DNA of 64,000 nt from Paraphysomonas bandaiensis. Lineage: Eukaryota; Protista; Chrysophyceae. The notes beneath the pieces are model-generated. The model worked only from the letters and a program-made list of their open reading frames with translations. It ran no database searches and was not told the origin of the DNA. Below, piece after piece: positions 25,695 to 39,883 of this stretch. The stretch spans positions 1 through 64,000 of the forward strand of contig CBFFRP010000563.1 of assembly GCA_965644295.1 (NCBI GenBank), given 5' to 3'. The translations under genes were made by a program, and so were the position numbers. Numbering within the stretch: the first letter of the stretch is position 1; each line of letters begins with the position of its first letter.

Positions 25695-26693
25695 CTAGCT
25701 ATAATCGCTGCAGGTGGGGGTATCAGGCCGCCCAAAGTCTGCGCTGATGCAATCTTGCATTGACACCGAGTAAGCCAAGGATAAAGCAGACTTGAGGTTA
25801 CTGCAACGGTCGGCTGAAATCGAAAACAGCAAAGGAACCTCGCTGACTCGATTGAGGTGCACTACGACAAAACACGAAACAAAATTGGTGAGTAGCACCG
25901 GTGGAGTGCGGTAATTGTTGTCCCCACATAGACCCAATAACTCGGTGCAAGCTTCACGTAGGCCAGAGTGCAGATCACTGGGGTGTGTCAAATCTTTTTT
26001 AATCTCAATGGCAAACAAAACGTTATGGCGAGCAATTTCACCAGGGGGGTCTGCATCCATAATAACGATATCGGTTCTCCCTCGAACTTCTCCCCTGTAT
26101 AGTACTTTCCCCTTCTTCTTATTGAATATATCGTATTCACGCAGAGAGAAGATGGGTGTACTGAATAGAAGACCGTCCGCCAACCTTTGACCATTCCCAA
26201 CAGCAGCACTCACCAATTGCACCTTTGTACTCAAACCGATGAATTCCTTGAAAGCCGCGCAGAATGGATCATACACAGATACTTCATCTGTGCAACCTTC
26301 CGACCACGCCCATTTAAAGTTAAACCGCGAGAAATATTTTTCTGATGTGTAAATATCACTGCTGAGAACGGGGAAATCGATTTTGAGACGGCCCAGTAGA
26401 GCTCTCAGATTCTTCTCTTTGGTTTGGGAATCCGCTGACGGTGTCAAGACAATGTGAAGCACTGTGGCTGGTAGCTGAGATAAAACCTGATGGAGTGCCA
26501 AGTTTTGTCCCTGCTGGTTGCGTTCCACCTCCTGCTGGTGTCGTAACTGCTTGCGTTTCATCTCCTGCTGGTGTCGTAACTGCTTGCGTTCCATCTCCTG
26601 CTGAAGTTGTAGCACCCTCTGCTGATGTCGAAGATTTAATCCAGCAACGAGAGTGATTAATCCAACAACGATATAAAACTGCCAGTCATCCAT
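25695..26693 (-). CDS. N-terminally membrane-anchored protein with RHQQE coiled repeats and a C-terminal PD-(D/E)XK (Crinkler-like REase-fold) domain
   Basis: Hydrophobic FYIVVGLITLVAGL, 33-nt repeats (QLRHQQEM.RK), then RGRTDIVI...FAIEIKK...EACTELL...VLLTN. Intronless 332 aa. Confidence 0.65.
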   Translation of the reverse strand: MDDWQFYIVVGLITLVAGLNLRHQQRVLQLQQEMERKQLRHQQEMKRKQLRHQQEVERNQQGQNLALHQVLSQLPATVLHIVLTPSADSQTKEKNLRALLGRLKIDFPVLSSDIYTSEKYFSRFNFKWAWSEGCTDEVSVYDPFCAAFKEFIGLSTKVQLVSAAVGNGQRLADGLLFSTPIFSLREYDIFNKKKGKVLYRGEVRGRTDIVIMDADPPGEIARHNVLFAIEIKKDLTHPSDLHSGLREACTELLGLCGDNNYRTPPVLLTNFVSCFVVVHLNRVSEVPLLFSISADRCSNLKSALSLAYSVSMQDCISADFGRPDTPTCSDYS

Positions 26694-26723
26694 TCACTCA
26701 ATTCGACTTGTGAGATTAGAAAA

Positions 26724-26837
26724 CATACATATGTATGTATATATGTATGTATGTATGTAGGTATGTATGTATGTATGTAGGTATGTATGTATGTATGTAT
26801 GTATGTATGTATGTATGTAGGTATGTATGTATGTATG

Positions 26838-26871
<34 letters not shown>

Positions 26872-27236
26872 TGTATGTATGTATGTATGTATGTATGTAC
26901 ATATATATGTATGTAGGTATGTATGTAGGTATGTATGTATGTATATATGTATGTATGTATGTAGGTATGTATGTATGTATGTATGTATGTATGTATGTAT
27001 GTATGTATGTATGTATGTATGTATGTATGTATATATGTATGTATGCATGTAGGTATGTATGTATGTATGTATGTATGTATGTATGTATGTATGTATGTAT
27101 GTATGTATGTATGTATGTATGTATGTATGTATGCATGTATGTATGTATGTATGTATGTATGTATGTATGTATGTATGTATGTATGTATGTATGTATGTAT
27201 GTATGTATGTATGTATGTATGTATGTATGTATGTAT
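26724..27236. repeat. (TATG)n microsatellite, ~510 bp
   Basis: Direct reading. It generates the spurious YIHT/MYVC ORFs. Confidence 0.95.
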
Positions 27237-27240
27237 GGAC

Positions 27241-27383
27241 TGCATATGTGAAGCTCTATGGGTTTTTTCCTCATCTAAAAACCCCTAGTGTGAAGCCAAA
27301 AGCTTCACATATGCCTCGAATACGGACAAATATATAGTAGATAATCATATTCAATGCATATGTGAAGCTTTAGGCTTCACACA
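27241..27383. repeat. Small nested inverted-repeat cluster (GTGAAGC/GCTTCAC)
   Basis: GTGTGAAGCCAAAAGCTTCACATATGC (~27288) and GCATATGTGAAGCTTTAGGCTTCACAC (~27357) are near-perfect reverse complements, and each is also self-complementary. Confidence 0.7.
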
Positions 27384-27609
27384 AAAACTGGCACTTTTAT
27401 ATAATAAAAATACTATTTTACAGGGAAATAGCCACTTTACGCTGTTAGAATACTCTACTATTCTCCTCGAACATGGCTGCCGTTAGTGGCATATATCAAT
27501 ATTCGACCATAGTTACTGCAAACATGAGTGAGACAGACTCAGACAGGAAGTAAGAGTTACCCCATAGGGGAAGAGGAAGTGGCCGTATACGCCGACAGCC
27601 GGTTGTGTC

Positions 27610-27920
27610 TGTTGACTCCAATGCTGATAATGTATCTGACTATATGAAGAAACGAACTAAAGCAGGAATGAAAGCAGCATACTAGCAAAGGTTGGCCATA
27701 TTACTGTGTGGTGTAAAACAGAGTACCCTGAAGCTCTAGATGATGATGAAAATTTGAAGATTCCATTCCCGAAAGACATCTGTCTTGATTACTTCGGCCA
27801 TATGTAGAACTAAGCCAGGCAATAGATGGCTACAAGAAAGATATCAATGAACTGAAGAAGAACGAACTAATGAAAGAAGAAGGGGGTAAATGTCCGTTAA
27901 AAAAGAATGGCTGTAACATG
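27610..27920 (+). pseudogene. Frameshifted coding remnant, possibly the N-terminus of a Crypton-like tyrosine recombinase
   Basis: Broken reading KRTKAGMKAAY*QRL / WCKTEYPEALDDDENLKIPFPKDICLDYFGHM* looks protein-like. The family assignment is by resemblance only. Confidence 0.3.
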
Positions 27921-28689
27921 TTAGCGACGAAGATGATGTTAATGGTTCCCTGTGCCATTGCAGGCAGTTGGTCCTATATCTTGTTCAGATGGTCAGATTA
28001 TGCACTTCGTTCCAAAGGGTTGAGATTTACAGCCAGAATTCCATTGATCTGTCTGTATGATTTATGGTTCTATGGAGATAAGGTGAGCTGAATAAGACCA
28101 TATCGTCTCTTAAGTCGTCGGTTCGACGTTTGACATACAGAAGAGTGATGTTATCACTTTTGCTCGAGCTAGTACAGTGCGTGATGTCATTTGTTAATAC
28201 TATCGTGAGTGATATTGGGCTGCTGCCAGATGGATACAAGCATGCACACATATCTTATCTACGACGGCACCTTCATACATACACACACATCTTATATACG
28301 ACAACACCTTCATACATATATACACACACACATCTTATCTACGACATCACCTTTATCTTGATGAATGGTATATGTAAACCTCAGTCATATTTACAGGACA
28401 CAACATAACATTACGAATGATACAGTATTAGGAGTCATATTGTCGAGAGGCGCATCAGTGGTGAACACTTCTGGTGCAGTTATATTACTATTCAGGGTGC
28501 TCCATACGGTCTATGCATGTATATGTGTATGAGTGTTCTATATGTATACGTGCGTATGTATGTATGTATGTATCTATAGATGGATGTGATACTGAGAAAT
28601 CATAATAAAACAAAATGACTGCAACGTTAACGACTTTGAGTGCTATCTATGGTAGCTTTTATAATCACAGCTGCATGCAGGAGAGCTAA

Positions 28690-29585
28690 ACACATATATA
28701 CACATACAATACACCGCATGTATAACACACACATATACATGACCCGTATAACACACATATAACATATATACATATTTATAACACATATACATAACCCACA
28801 TGTATATAGCACTCATATAACACTTATATATAACCCACATATGACATACATTTATCATATATATAACATATATAATATATGTATAACAGACATAACACAT
28901 GTAAAACGCACATATAACATATATATACCACATATATATAACACGAATAACACACATATTTCACATATATAACATATATATAATACATTTATATATTATA
29001 ACTCTCATATAACTCTTTTATAACACATATATCACATAGAACACATATATATATAACATATATAACAAATGTGTTACATATAACACGTATAACATATATA
29101 TAACACACATATTACAATATATAGCATGCATATATACACATATATAACACACATAATATAACATATATACCACTCATATAACTCACAATATACTATTACA
29201 CACATATAGCATATATCTATAACACACATATAACATATATAACATATATATAAAACATATACAGCACTCATACAACACTTATTATATACATCCCACATAT
29301 GACATACATTTATCATATATATAACATATATATAACACACGTATAACACATATAAAACGTATATACAACATATATAACCTATATAACATATGTATAACAT
29401 ACATAACACATATATAGCACTCATATAACACATATTACTTGTATTTAAGACATATAAAACACATATAAAACATTTATAACACATATATAACACACATAGA
29501 GCATATATAAATATAACACGTATAACTCATTTATAACACATGTATCATGTATATATAACACATATACCACATATATGTAACACAT
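28690..29585. repeat. Degenerate AT/AC-rich low-complexity satellite (ATAACACATAT-like)
   Basis: Direct reading, with internal duplicated blocks such as CCCACATATGACATACATTTATCATAT. Confidence 0.85.
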
Positions 29586-29587
29586 GA

Positions 29588-29745
29588 AGTCGAGGTAATA
29601 CCAAAACCTGGTGAAATGTATAAAACGTGGTGAAATTTTTAATGATGGTTGGAAAAATATATAACTATGCACAATAGTTAACTATGAAGAGATTAACAGT
29701 GTGAAAAGTATTGTTTATAATATTTTTTACTAATTCCTTCCATAG
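29588..29745 (-). repeat. Inverted copy of the segment 15318-15474 inside the MULE-like element
   Basis: AGTCGAGGTAATACCAAAACCTGG...TAACTATGCACAATA...TTACTAATT is the reverse complement of 15318-15474. Confidence 0.8.
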
Positions 29746-30752
29746 TATGCATAACACACACTTAACTCATTTATGACAAGTATATAGCACACATATATAA
29801 CACACATATATAAAACTTTTATACGCAACACTTGGAGCAGAACCTGTAAGATAGAGAGGACCATCGAGTGATATTAGTCATTTCTGGTAGCAGATTGGGT
29901 TGTTGGCTATTAGCGGGTCTACATATTGAATGAGAGGCAGCTGCCTTCGTAAGGTTTTGTCACGTCTTTTTTCTCTCTTTTGCTACCGACAGCAAAAACA
30001 AGTCGGGCACCAAAAGCAGATGCAAATATCTCTACTTTGGTAAGTGTTTATCGTTCAGACGTCACTTCTTATCAGTACGATATATGTGACATATATATTG
30101 TATGTTATGAGAAATAAGAAATAGTGTACATGTATAGAGTACTGCAGAGCGAGCGATATGCAGAAACTAGACTTTAAGTAACATCGAAAAAAGTAGACTT
30201 TTCATCTTTTTCCGGATATTTATATACATGGTACATGGCCTTATGTTTTGCCCTACAGTTAAGAAACTTTTCGTATATAACTATCAAAATATTGAGTGCA
30301 ATATATTGTGAGCTAGTTCAACAGAAACAATATTGATGAAATTTTTAACCGATCCACAAATCAATATGTTACCCTATCCCTGATGTTCAGAATTTGTGGT
30401 GTTCAGAATTTGTATTGCACTAAGTTGGTGTATGTTGTGACCGTAATGTAGTGATGGAAGTAACGTTTGCTAAATTTTAGTTACCTTGAACATACACATC
30501 AACTTTGCTTGTTAGTTCGTAATATTTATTATTACGCTCATAAATGCGGACAGGTAACAAACAAATCGTTGTTTGTATACAAGTTGCAACTTTACTTTTA
30601 TCTACTACATTTCTGTAATTTTAACCAATGAGCTCCAGCAGAAGCTAATGGAAAACTCACATCTCCATGCACTGAACTAACTTATAATATGCTTTACACA
30701 TTTAGCTTGGTCGAAGTGCTATATGGATATTCAGTGATACGATGGCGACTGG

Positions 30753-33700
30753 TTAAAATATCCCCATGGAGGCCCTGGCCCCACCTTGACGTAGGTAAGC
30801 AAGAGCCAATTGCAGCTCATCTGGAGTGGCAGTTCCTTGCTCGATCTTCACAACCTATATGAAGATATATGAGATATAGATTGAGCTAGTTGTACTCATT
30901 TCAATGTCTTACCAGGTCTTGCATCTTGACGTCAGCCCTGTAGTACATTATGGCCCTTTCTGCCAGTTTATTGGCTGGCTGGCTCTCCACTACATGTAGC
31001 AATTAGATAGGTACATAGAACAATGCATGCAACCCATGTATAGCAGCCCATACAACATAGTTCATATATATGCACAATGTGAAGTTAAACGACATACCAA
31101 GATGAATGCCCTCCTGGTAGACCATCATAGAAGCCAAAGATGACGCTATCGAGTTCTTCAAGTACTGCACAGGCATTCTCTCCCTAGCTCTATCCCAGGC
31201 AATCTCAGCCAGTTTAGGAGGCAGGTTCTTCCTGCAGAGAAGTATTAACATCAAAATTAAAACGATGGAATTACCACAAACATACCTCACGAGGGGTAGA
31301 AGTTCCTCGAAAAGAGGGTCTCCTAAGTTCTTGTCCTTAAGCTCATCGATAAGGGCATCCGTCACTCTGTTGATGCACCCACTAATTCGCTCAGAAAAGT
31401 GAGGAAGATTTCCTGTATAACAGAAATCATTTCGGATTTGGATAGATATTATGCTGCCTTGTCATACCTGGGAAATTTTTATAGAGAGTGAACATGAGCT
31501 TGGCCTCAGCCTCGGCGATCTTTCTCAGATGAGCCAGAACATCCTTTACTAAAGCTTCTTTGTTCTCAATGAACTCCTCCTTGGATAACAGCATGGAGCA
31601 TGCGATCTCGCATGATGAGGTCACAACACCACACTAATAAATGAATCAGTAAAATAACACGAAACATATCCATACAATAATTCACGAATCAGACCGTGAC
31701 ATCCAAATCATGCTAACGTTTGTACCTTGTTGGCTGAAGAGTCTTTGACAATCATCACACCAGCATGTTTGAAGAGCTCCTCTCTTGCATCTTTAGTGTT
31801 ATAGATGTTAGCTCCCTGTGACAAATATTGTTAGTACACCACTTGTAATACAAGGCCAATTCACAGTATCGCAACGAGCATACCTCAACAATAAGGCGAG
31901 AAGTAGGTTCCCCATTCTCGTCCAGGAAATTGCGCCAGTTGGAAGAGTTAATAGTATTAGGACGTCCTATTTGGTTTCGATTGGTATAATTAATTTGGAA
32001 TATATTGTACAAAGTGCTTCACTATTCATATCGCTATAACAAATATACAGCCACGAATTCGTATAGTACATAATACACAGTACCACAAAGACAAGTAATA
32101 TATATCCCCACCTCCTGCAGGCACAAAGGCATCAGCCTTGACTCTAAATGGCATGGTATTTCTTCTAGCAAGGCCTTCCTCACTCGCCTTAGCCTCCATT
32201 AACACTCCCTCAGAAGAAAGCTACATATACAACGAAGCATGTTATATCGTCTGATCTAAGCGTAGTTGATGGTACAGCCGACACTTTGTATTCAAGTTAT
32301 TTCGCAAGAATTCAAAGTAGTCCTTTTAGTAGGAAATAGGCAATGTATTGTGTATATTTCAGTAGCCCGTGATATTACCTTAGCGGGATTAAAATGAATG
32401 ATACTGCGACTTTCTTCCACCAATCTCATCAATTCGTGTCTATCTAATCCAGCTGGATCCTCAGCAACTCCATCCACATCGGATATACCGACCACCTTGG
32501 CATTGTCACCGTATTCCCTAATAAGTTTTGAATAAATATAGTTAAACTGCCACAAACGCTACAATCGGTTGGTGTTGTGCCTCAGCCATACTAATACAAG
32601 ACATAAAACATATGTATACCAACATATGCCCTACACTCTCACTATATTACTTCTTACAGCCGCTTCTTACCTAAATAGAATTTTCAGCAAGTTGCCAGCA
32701 ACGTCTCCATCGGGTCCTCCGGTAACCTTCACAGTAAAAGGCTGAGTCTTGGGGTCAATACCAAGGCTCTCTTTAAGGGCCACATCCAAGAAGACGACAA
32801 CACCCTCAGAGGTTACACCATACTGCTTGTGGTTGAATCCGGCCTCTGAGAAAACATAAGTAAAGAAATAATCGAAAGCAAAACAGAGATTATTGCTTGC
32901 GCATATAACATATGTTGGGAGGTTGGGATGGAGGTTGGAACTTGGAGCAGATCCAACACTCAGCTTATCCACCCGTAGGCATTGATGATCCACGATAAAT
33001 ATATCACAGTCAGTCAGTACATTTCAATGTATCCGTCTTAAGCAACAATCATGACTCAATGAATGTGAGACTAGTTTAACAAACGGATAGCAGTAGTCAT
33101 GTGGTGTATAAAACGTTGAGTACCTTTCTTGGAGCTCATAAAAGCAGGTGGGATGTTGTACCCACGTCTTGCGGCTCTCTCTACGATCCAGTCGATGTCC
33201 GCAGGGATGACCTACACGCACGTAGTGTTATGCAATCAACGGCTAGAACGTATGGCTCAATTTGAAAACATAATATTGTGCTTTCTTAATCATCGCAAAA
33301 TAGTTGTACGTTACCTGCTCATCTGGTCCAAGGAAAATGACTTCATCTTCCCCATATCTATCAACTACAGTTCTCTCGAACCTCTCGTCTCTGACAGTGA
33401 GATCCAAAATACTGTCCACAAAGGCCTGCAAATATACCAATACGAAGTTATATAATGTACAAATTCCAGCAAATTTTGCACTGCAGAGTCTTCTCTCCAC
33501 CATGGCAGAATGTCAAGGAAATACGAGACAATATACTTACTCTCACGGACTTTCTCTTCAGGAACTCGTGGTGCTTCTTCCTCACGTTTGGTGAGTCCAC
33601 CAGCACAACAGCCTTTGCCCCACCTTCAGGGATATCCTGAACAGTAAAGCACTTAGCATAGAAAAGTGTACGCAGATCTATAACTACAACAGCAATATGC

Positions 33701-36700
33701 AATATACGATCGCATATGTCACACGTCGATGTAGCATCTACATTATATATACAATACCCTCCTAATCAACTATATTACGTCGTTACTACACACCTTGTTC
33801 TTGAGCTGTTGGCCATAGCTGAGACCATACACCTCATCGAACTGTCTTGCTGATTCAAGAGCCTTCGTATCGCTGTTGGGAGGAGTCACGATACGGAGCC
33901 CGCCTCTAGCGATATCCTTGAACCGACAATGGAAGCCATTGAAGTACCTACCATAATATTAGACCATTGTAAGCCGAGATAGAGAACAGCGTTGTTAGGT
34001 CAATAGCAAAGGACGGTAATATGTCAAAAAATAATATCTCTACAATCCAGAATCGTCCGTAGTATTGCATACATGCATTGTCTACTATACCTTCCATGCG
34101 AAAAGAAAACGCCAAATGGCAATTCCTTCTTGTTCGGCCCGTTCATTTCTTCTTCAGAAAACATAACGGCTGGGTCAACTCGCAGACTTAGAGCATATCT
34201 GTATTTAGTTTAGTAACAAAAGGTACACAGAACACATAGCACAAAATGCCCACCTATCATCGTTGTAGAAGTTAGTCTTCAGCGTGTATTTCACGGCATC
34301 TAGCATTTTCTGCAGAGCAAATCTGGCTTCCTCTCTTTGAAGCCTGTTTACCACAAAAACATACTGTCAACACATGCTCATACATACAGCTAGACAATAG
34401 CTATCAAACCTGGCTAATCTTGACTGGATAGCTGCAGATCTCTTTTCGAAGTCCACATCGGCTGCCTCCTTGTCAATGCTCACTATAGCAGGATTGAAGC
34501 GGTCTAAGAACAGCTGGGCGATAGCCTCAGCTTGCTCGGCGAGATAGGGAGATGATGTGACTGTGTCTACGATGGATTGTGTGCTGCGCACATGCATACA
34601 AGTAAAGGCACATAGATAAAATTGCCGAGTACTCAGCGATACATGATGTAAACATAAAAAGATAAAGGGGGAAGTCCACAAGTATAATGAGATAGATACG
34701 GCACAAGCACATTCCTACCTGGCGAAGGCAATAGGGTACTGTTTGCTGAGCGGGGAGTGCATCATACTGCACAAAGCCGTTACGACTTCTGCCTTGGATG
34801 CTCCAAACTGCTTCTTATGCGGGGCATCCTTCTGGAAAGCTAAACGAAGAGTCATGTCATCCAACCACTTGCAACGCTTCAAATCACGTGTAAAGCGAGG
34901 GACGAAGTCTGTCACACAGAGTACATAAGATAGTACATTAAAAATAACAGATATCATTACCAGGTCCAAATATTGAATCAGGTGAGGTTGACACGGAGGG
35001 GTCAGGAGACACAAGCAATCTTAGTTGAGTGGTGTAGCCTGGACTGTAAGCGGAATTTTGGTCGGCCGGAATAGAGTTTCCTGGATCGTAGACATTGTCC
35101 ATATGGGCACGCCAAATATCCATTCCACGCATTGCCAGCATGTCTACAAACGGCCAATATATGTGAGTAATAGTGTTGACTCGGAGTGACTCATATTGTT
35201 CTTACGAAGTTTGGTCGGCATACACTTAGTAGACAGAAACGAAACTACCATAGCATGCAGCACAGTGAAAAAGTAGTGTAGTTTATAAAGTACCTGCAGT
35301 GAGCTTCAGCAACTCATCCGGGAACACATTTCCAGCGGCAAGGGTAACCCAAGCGGCCGTCCCCGATGGAGGACCACCAGTGCCGTGGTACTTTTCAATG
35401 TGTACAGCAGAGTCATCTGTACCCTTCACTTGTTCGTACAGAGCTCTCTGGAAGAATAGCAGAGTTAGCATGGACATATAAATGGAGAAATGAGAGCAGC
35501 TTCTGGTGACATTTTACCTGAATCATGAACCTACGGGGATGGGACGACTGCACATACTGTGGGCTGCACTTCGCCACATACTCCTTCATAGAGGCCTCGC
35601 TAAACAAATTTTCATCGTACTTCGGGACACGAGGGTTGTCGTCGTGTTTTCCCGCCTTCACCTGACACCAACAGTAAGTGGTATTACAGAACATACGTAT
35701 ATAAAATGCTATCGAATGAGTAGAGATAAAGCACGTATCAAGAAGTACAAAACACAAAGCATATGATCTACCTCCTCTATAGCCTGCATAATGTGTTTCG
35801 CATCATCCATAGTGGCGGTGGGAATCTCTGAGGCCTTGGCTACACAGTATACAGTTAAAACGTACGCGGGGACGACATACAGTCTACAATGGTCATATAT
35901 TTGTACACATACGACTATGGAGTACACAAGAAGTACGCAGGTATACTCACGCTCAAAGGTAAAAATGTTAAGAGCGAATTGGCCGTCTTCAGAAGAAAAA
36001 ACTTTGATGTTAGCCAAGTCATGTTGAGGCATGGGGGATTGCATCAATTGCTCCAACTGTCGCGAGAAAAAATGAGTTGAGCATATTGCTGAAAAGCTGC
36101 TTATATGGCATTGCAGACAACAACACATCCTAGATTCGAAACAGCGTATACACAATGCACAAGGAGTACATTGCGCTTGGAGGAAGTAAATATTTTACAG
36201 CAGTATAAAGATTATACCTGTCCAAGGAAAGATCCACTTCTGGTATGGGTGGAAAGAATGGTAACGTGGATTTTTCCATCTGGTTCCTTGTTCATAATCT
36301 TCAGGCTCAGATCACTTTGTCTGAGATCATGAATGGCAGCCACAGCTTGTAGGTGAGACCGACGCATCTCTTCGCTAACTTGATTAAAGTAAGAGTCCTG
36401 CATGAATACATTACTCACGAGATAAAAGAGATCGAGTTCGAACTATACCGGCATAGCTTTGAGAAACCATGGAACCACTTGCTTGACTATGAGCAGAGAG
36501 TGAGATATATACAGTCTCATGCATATACACATCTATAGCTGCATATAGATATGTCTATAGCCATATATATATACATGTATATGCATATAAAGGCATGTAT
36601 ACGTATATATACATACATATGAGGGTATGTATACTTATATATATGTGTGAATGTTACCAGTTTCCATCTGATGAAGAGAGATATCATGAATAAGGGCTTG

Positions 36701-36853
36701 TTCAGTAAGCTTCTGTATGTTTTTATCATCCATTGGAGCCCATGATTTCGTTCCTCTCACTGTATGTGTGATCGATGGAAGTAATCCTTTTGATGTATGT
36801 TTTGGTCCTATTAAAGACCTCAGGATCATCCGTGAACATCCTCTTGATAACAT
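30753..36853 (-). CDS. GDH2: Large NAD-specific glutamate dehydrogenase (GDH2-type), multi-exon, probable organellar presequence
   Basis: Exon-encoded motifs FHCRFKDIARGGLR, QQLKNK-DIPEGGAKAV, IFLGPDE, FMSSK, GFNHKQYGVTSEGV, TGGPDGDVAGN, FVPAGGRPNTIN, IVEGAN and KDSSANKCGVVTSSCEI, separated by GT-AG introns. Confidence 0.9.
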
Positions 36854-39800
36854 GTTGTCTCTATACTATCTTTCTATCAATGTATGATCAGGTTCCACTT
36901 CCCACCAAATTATAATAAAGAATTTATATATAAAGATACATACATACACATACATATACATACATATGTACACACTCACTCCTACTTATCCATACATACA
37001 TACATACAGTGTACTGGTCACTTATAAACCACATAAATTCACCCAAAATCTCATATGTTTTTTTTCAAGATATTTCTTTCTATGGTAAGTTTGTGAGCAA
37101 CTGAAAAATGGATCGTATCTTGAACGGACACATTACCAAAATCAGTTAGAAGAAAAACTCTGTATATATGAGATACTGCTGCTGCTGCTGTATACTCTGT
37201 ACATATACAGTACATTGCCGTACATATACAGTACATGTACAGTGGTACAATGTACAGCAGTGGTAATTTTTTACCTATTTTTAGTATATAAATAGGGTCT
37301 ATAATTCTGGAAAAGTCAAAAATAAAGAATAAATTTACTATTTTTAGGTAAACGATCAGTGTAAAATCTCGGATTTTGTGGAGTGTTTGTGGTTATATAG
37401 ATGTAACTTCTTCAGTGAGCCTTACTGCATAGAATATAATCACATTAAGCAAAGTTAAGTACTCTATTAGAAGCTATGAAGCATTCTGAAGACCTTTTCA
37501 TTGTCAGAGGAGCCATTGGACAATACCACTGTACCTCAAAGTATATGAATCGTGCCGTGCAGTGACGTGATTTGGTTAGACACAAGTGGCTATATGAGCC
37601 CAGTCAGACATGAAAGGAACGTGATGAAACACACTCATTTCGTCGAAAATATCAGCTGTATATATGAGAATGAACAAACCATTCAATACACTATGCGGTA
37701 AATACATTGAAATACTGTTTGAATGTATCACTTATGGGAAACTATTCGACGGATACTCCATTCGATACATGTGCTGTCGACATCGAATGAAATCAATCCC
37801 GATATAGTTCTAAGAAGATCTTTTCATTATACTTCATTTTATACGTGTGGTGTGTTCAGTTCTGTTGTGTCATATGAATGTATTGTGCAATTAAAGGTTA
37901 ATAGTGTGCAATACGTGAAACGAACTCAAAGGAGGAGGGGTTTCAAAGGATGTAGATTGACTAGTGAGTAGATGATAGTAGGATGGGCAATAGAACACTT
38001 GTCCATTGGAAATATTACGAATATTATGTGATGTGTTTGGATTAATAATTACAACTCCTTCTGGGAAGTGTTGTATTCGCAATGCCCAACACTGCTACTA
38101 ATAATATATAGAGAAACAGGTAAAAGTTTTATAACCTTGCGAAAAAGTAGGTCAAGGCATTTGTATAACAAGTGCCAAATTCTGTGATACGTCCTTACTT
38201 TGTAGGGCTAGCGTTGGAGTGACTGCACTGTTTTAATCAATATATATTCAGTATCAACGTCATGTCAATCGATTGAATAACATATTCTAAATGTTTTTCT
38301 TTCACTCTTTCGTAGTAGTATATGACGTTGTCACTCTCCTCGGGGTAGTCTTTTACCCATGTACAGTTTCTTTCTCAGTTTCACATATTCTGTACTCTAT
38401 GATATCGAAAGATCGCCGGCAGCGATTGCTCCTTGAGCCACACAAACTCTGAGCTTGAGCTACTATGCTATGAAAGAATTGAAGCCTTCTACGCCAGGAG
38501 GTATTATTGTGGAATACCGCACGAAAAAGATACATTTTCTATTCCTACCCTATTCTATTACCCCTATCCCTGTTTCTTTCGCACATATGGAAAGTCCCAC
38601 AGCAGCCTTGAGGGGAAGAAAATAATGATTTTTACAAGACACATAATTTCTAACATTTCCAACAACTCAAATTACTAATCCCAATGATTAATTGAACTCT
38701 ACGAATAGCCTGATTAACCCAAAAACAATCTCACAAGCAGTTTTAACTACGATTCGCATTGACCGATATTTGCTATTGTTGCTAGAAAATGAACTTTTCT
38801 TGTAAATCGTCGTTATCTGGTGTTACTAGAAACTGAAGGTTTGGCCTCAATATCCGTCAAGGGACATTGTTACGGGAAGGACAAGAGCAACTGAAGCAGA
38901 GAAAGAGTAAAATGGAGGGATTATCATGATTAAAACTTGAGTTCTTAGTAAAGGATGAGCTGTGGGGGCATGATCTGAAGGGGATGATGATAGAGGGCAA
39001 GTTATTGCTGATGACTCTGTCACATATCTATAATAGAAGAGATTGAGTAGTGAGATGATTACTCCTTCTTAAATGATTCTCCACACACTGCTGCGTTGTT
39101 TCCAGTGTGAGAGGAAGGGAGTGGTTTTGTATAGGAATCTATGATTCGCAAGTGTCTTTATGGGCTCTAGCTAACTGCCCGGTCTAGAACACTTCGAGAA
39201 GGCTAATAGAGAGCATTTACATTCCAACTAAGAGACTTACCACACACTAACAGTGTCATAGGCTATCATGCATGTTGTAATACTCAATGCAAAAGCCTTA
39301 AAAAACTAGCAAGAAAATCAATACATACACTGCATACTTTATAGAATAAACTCCTAAAACCGTCGATTTTCATATAAATATGTGTTTTTATGCTACAGTT
39401 CCAAAAATATGCTTGTGGCCAAAAAAAATACAGAAAAATATCGAAACATTGAGAAAATAACTAAAAAATAAGGATTTTTATAATAAAACATAAACTGAAA
39501 GAAACATAATTGGTCCATAAATCTCTTTAAGATATGTTTTTTATAGGAAGTTGGAACGAAATAATCTTATCCAATCATATGATAAGATAATGAAATCAAG
39601 ACATCCAATCAAATGAATGGTTTGGATGGTAATTTAGTTAAGTGGAACTGTGTATGTATGTATAGTCAGATCACTCCCTCTGTGTCACTATATATACATA
39701 CATATCAAATCATTTAATTTAAGTTCTATTTAATTATTTCATATCATTTTTTTTTTGTATTTCATTATCTCATTCAATTCTTTTATACCTTTGTGTTTGT

Positions 39801-39883
39801 TTAGTTATTCATATTATCTAGAGAGACTCTCCCTCCCCCCCCCCGCCAAGTGTTTGATTGATCTCTATATCGACTAGTTTAAT

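Noticed and set aside
26657-27337. YIHT/MYVC ORFs
   Set aside because: Translations of the (TATG)n microsatellite.
38300-39250. Gene or retroelement remnant between GDH2 and eIF4G
   Set aside because: Only short ORFs and no recognisable motif or consistent splice model.
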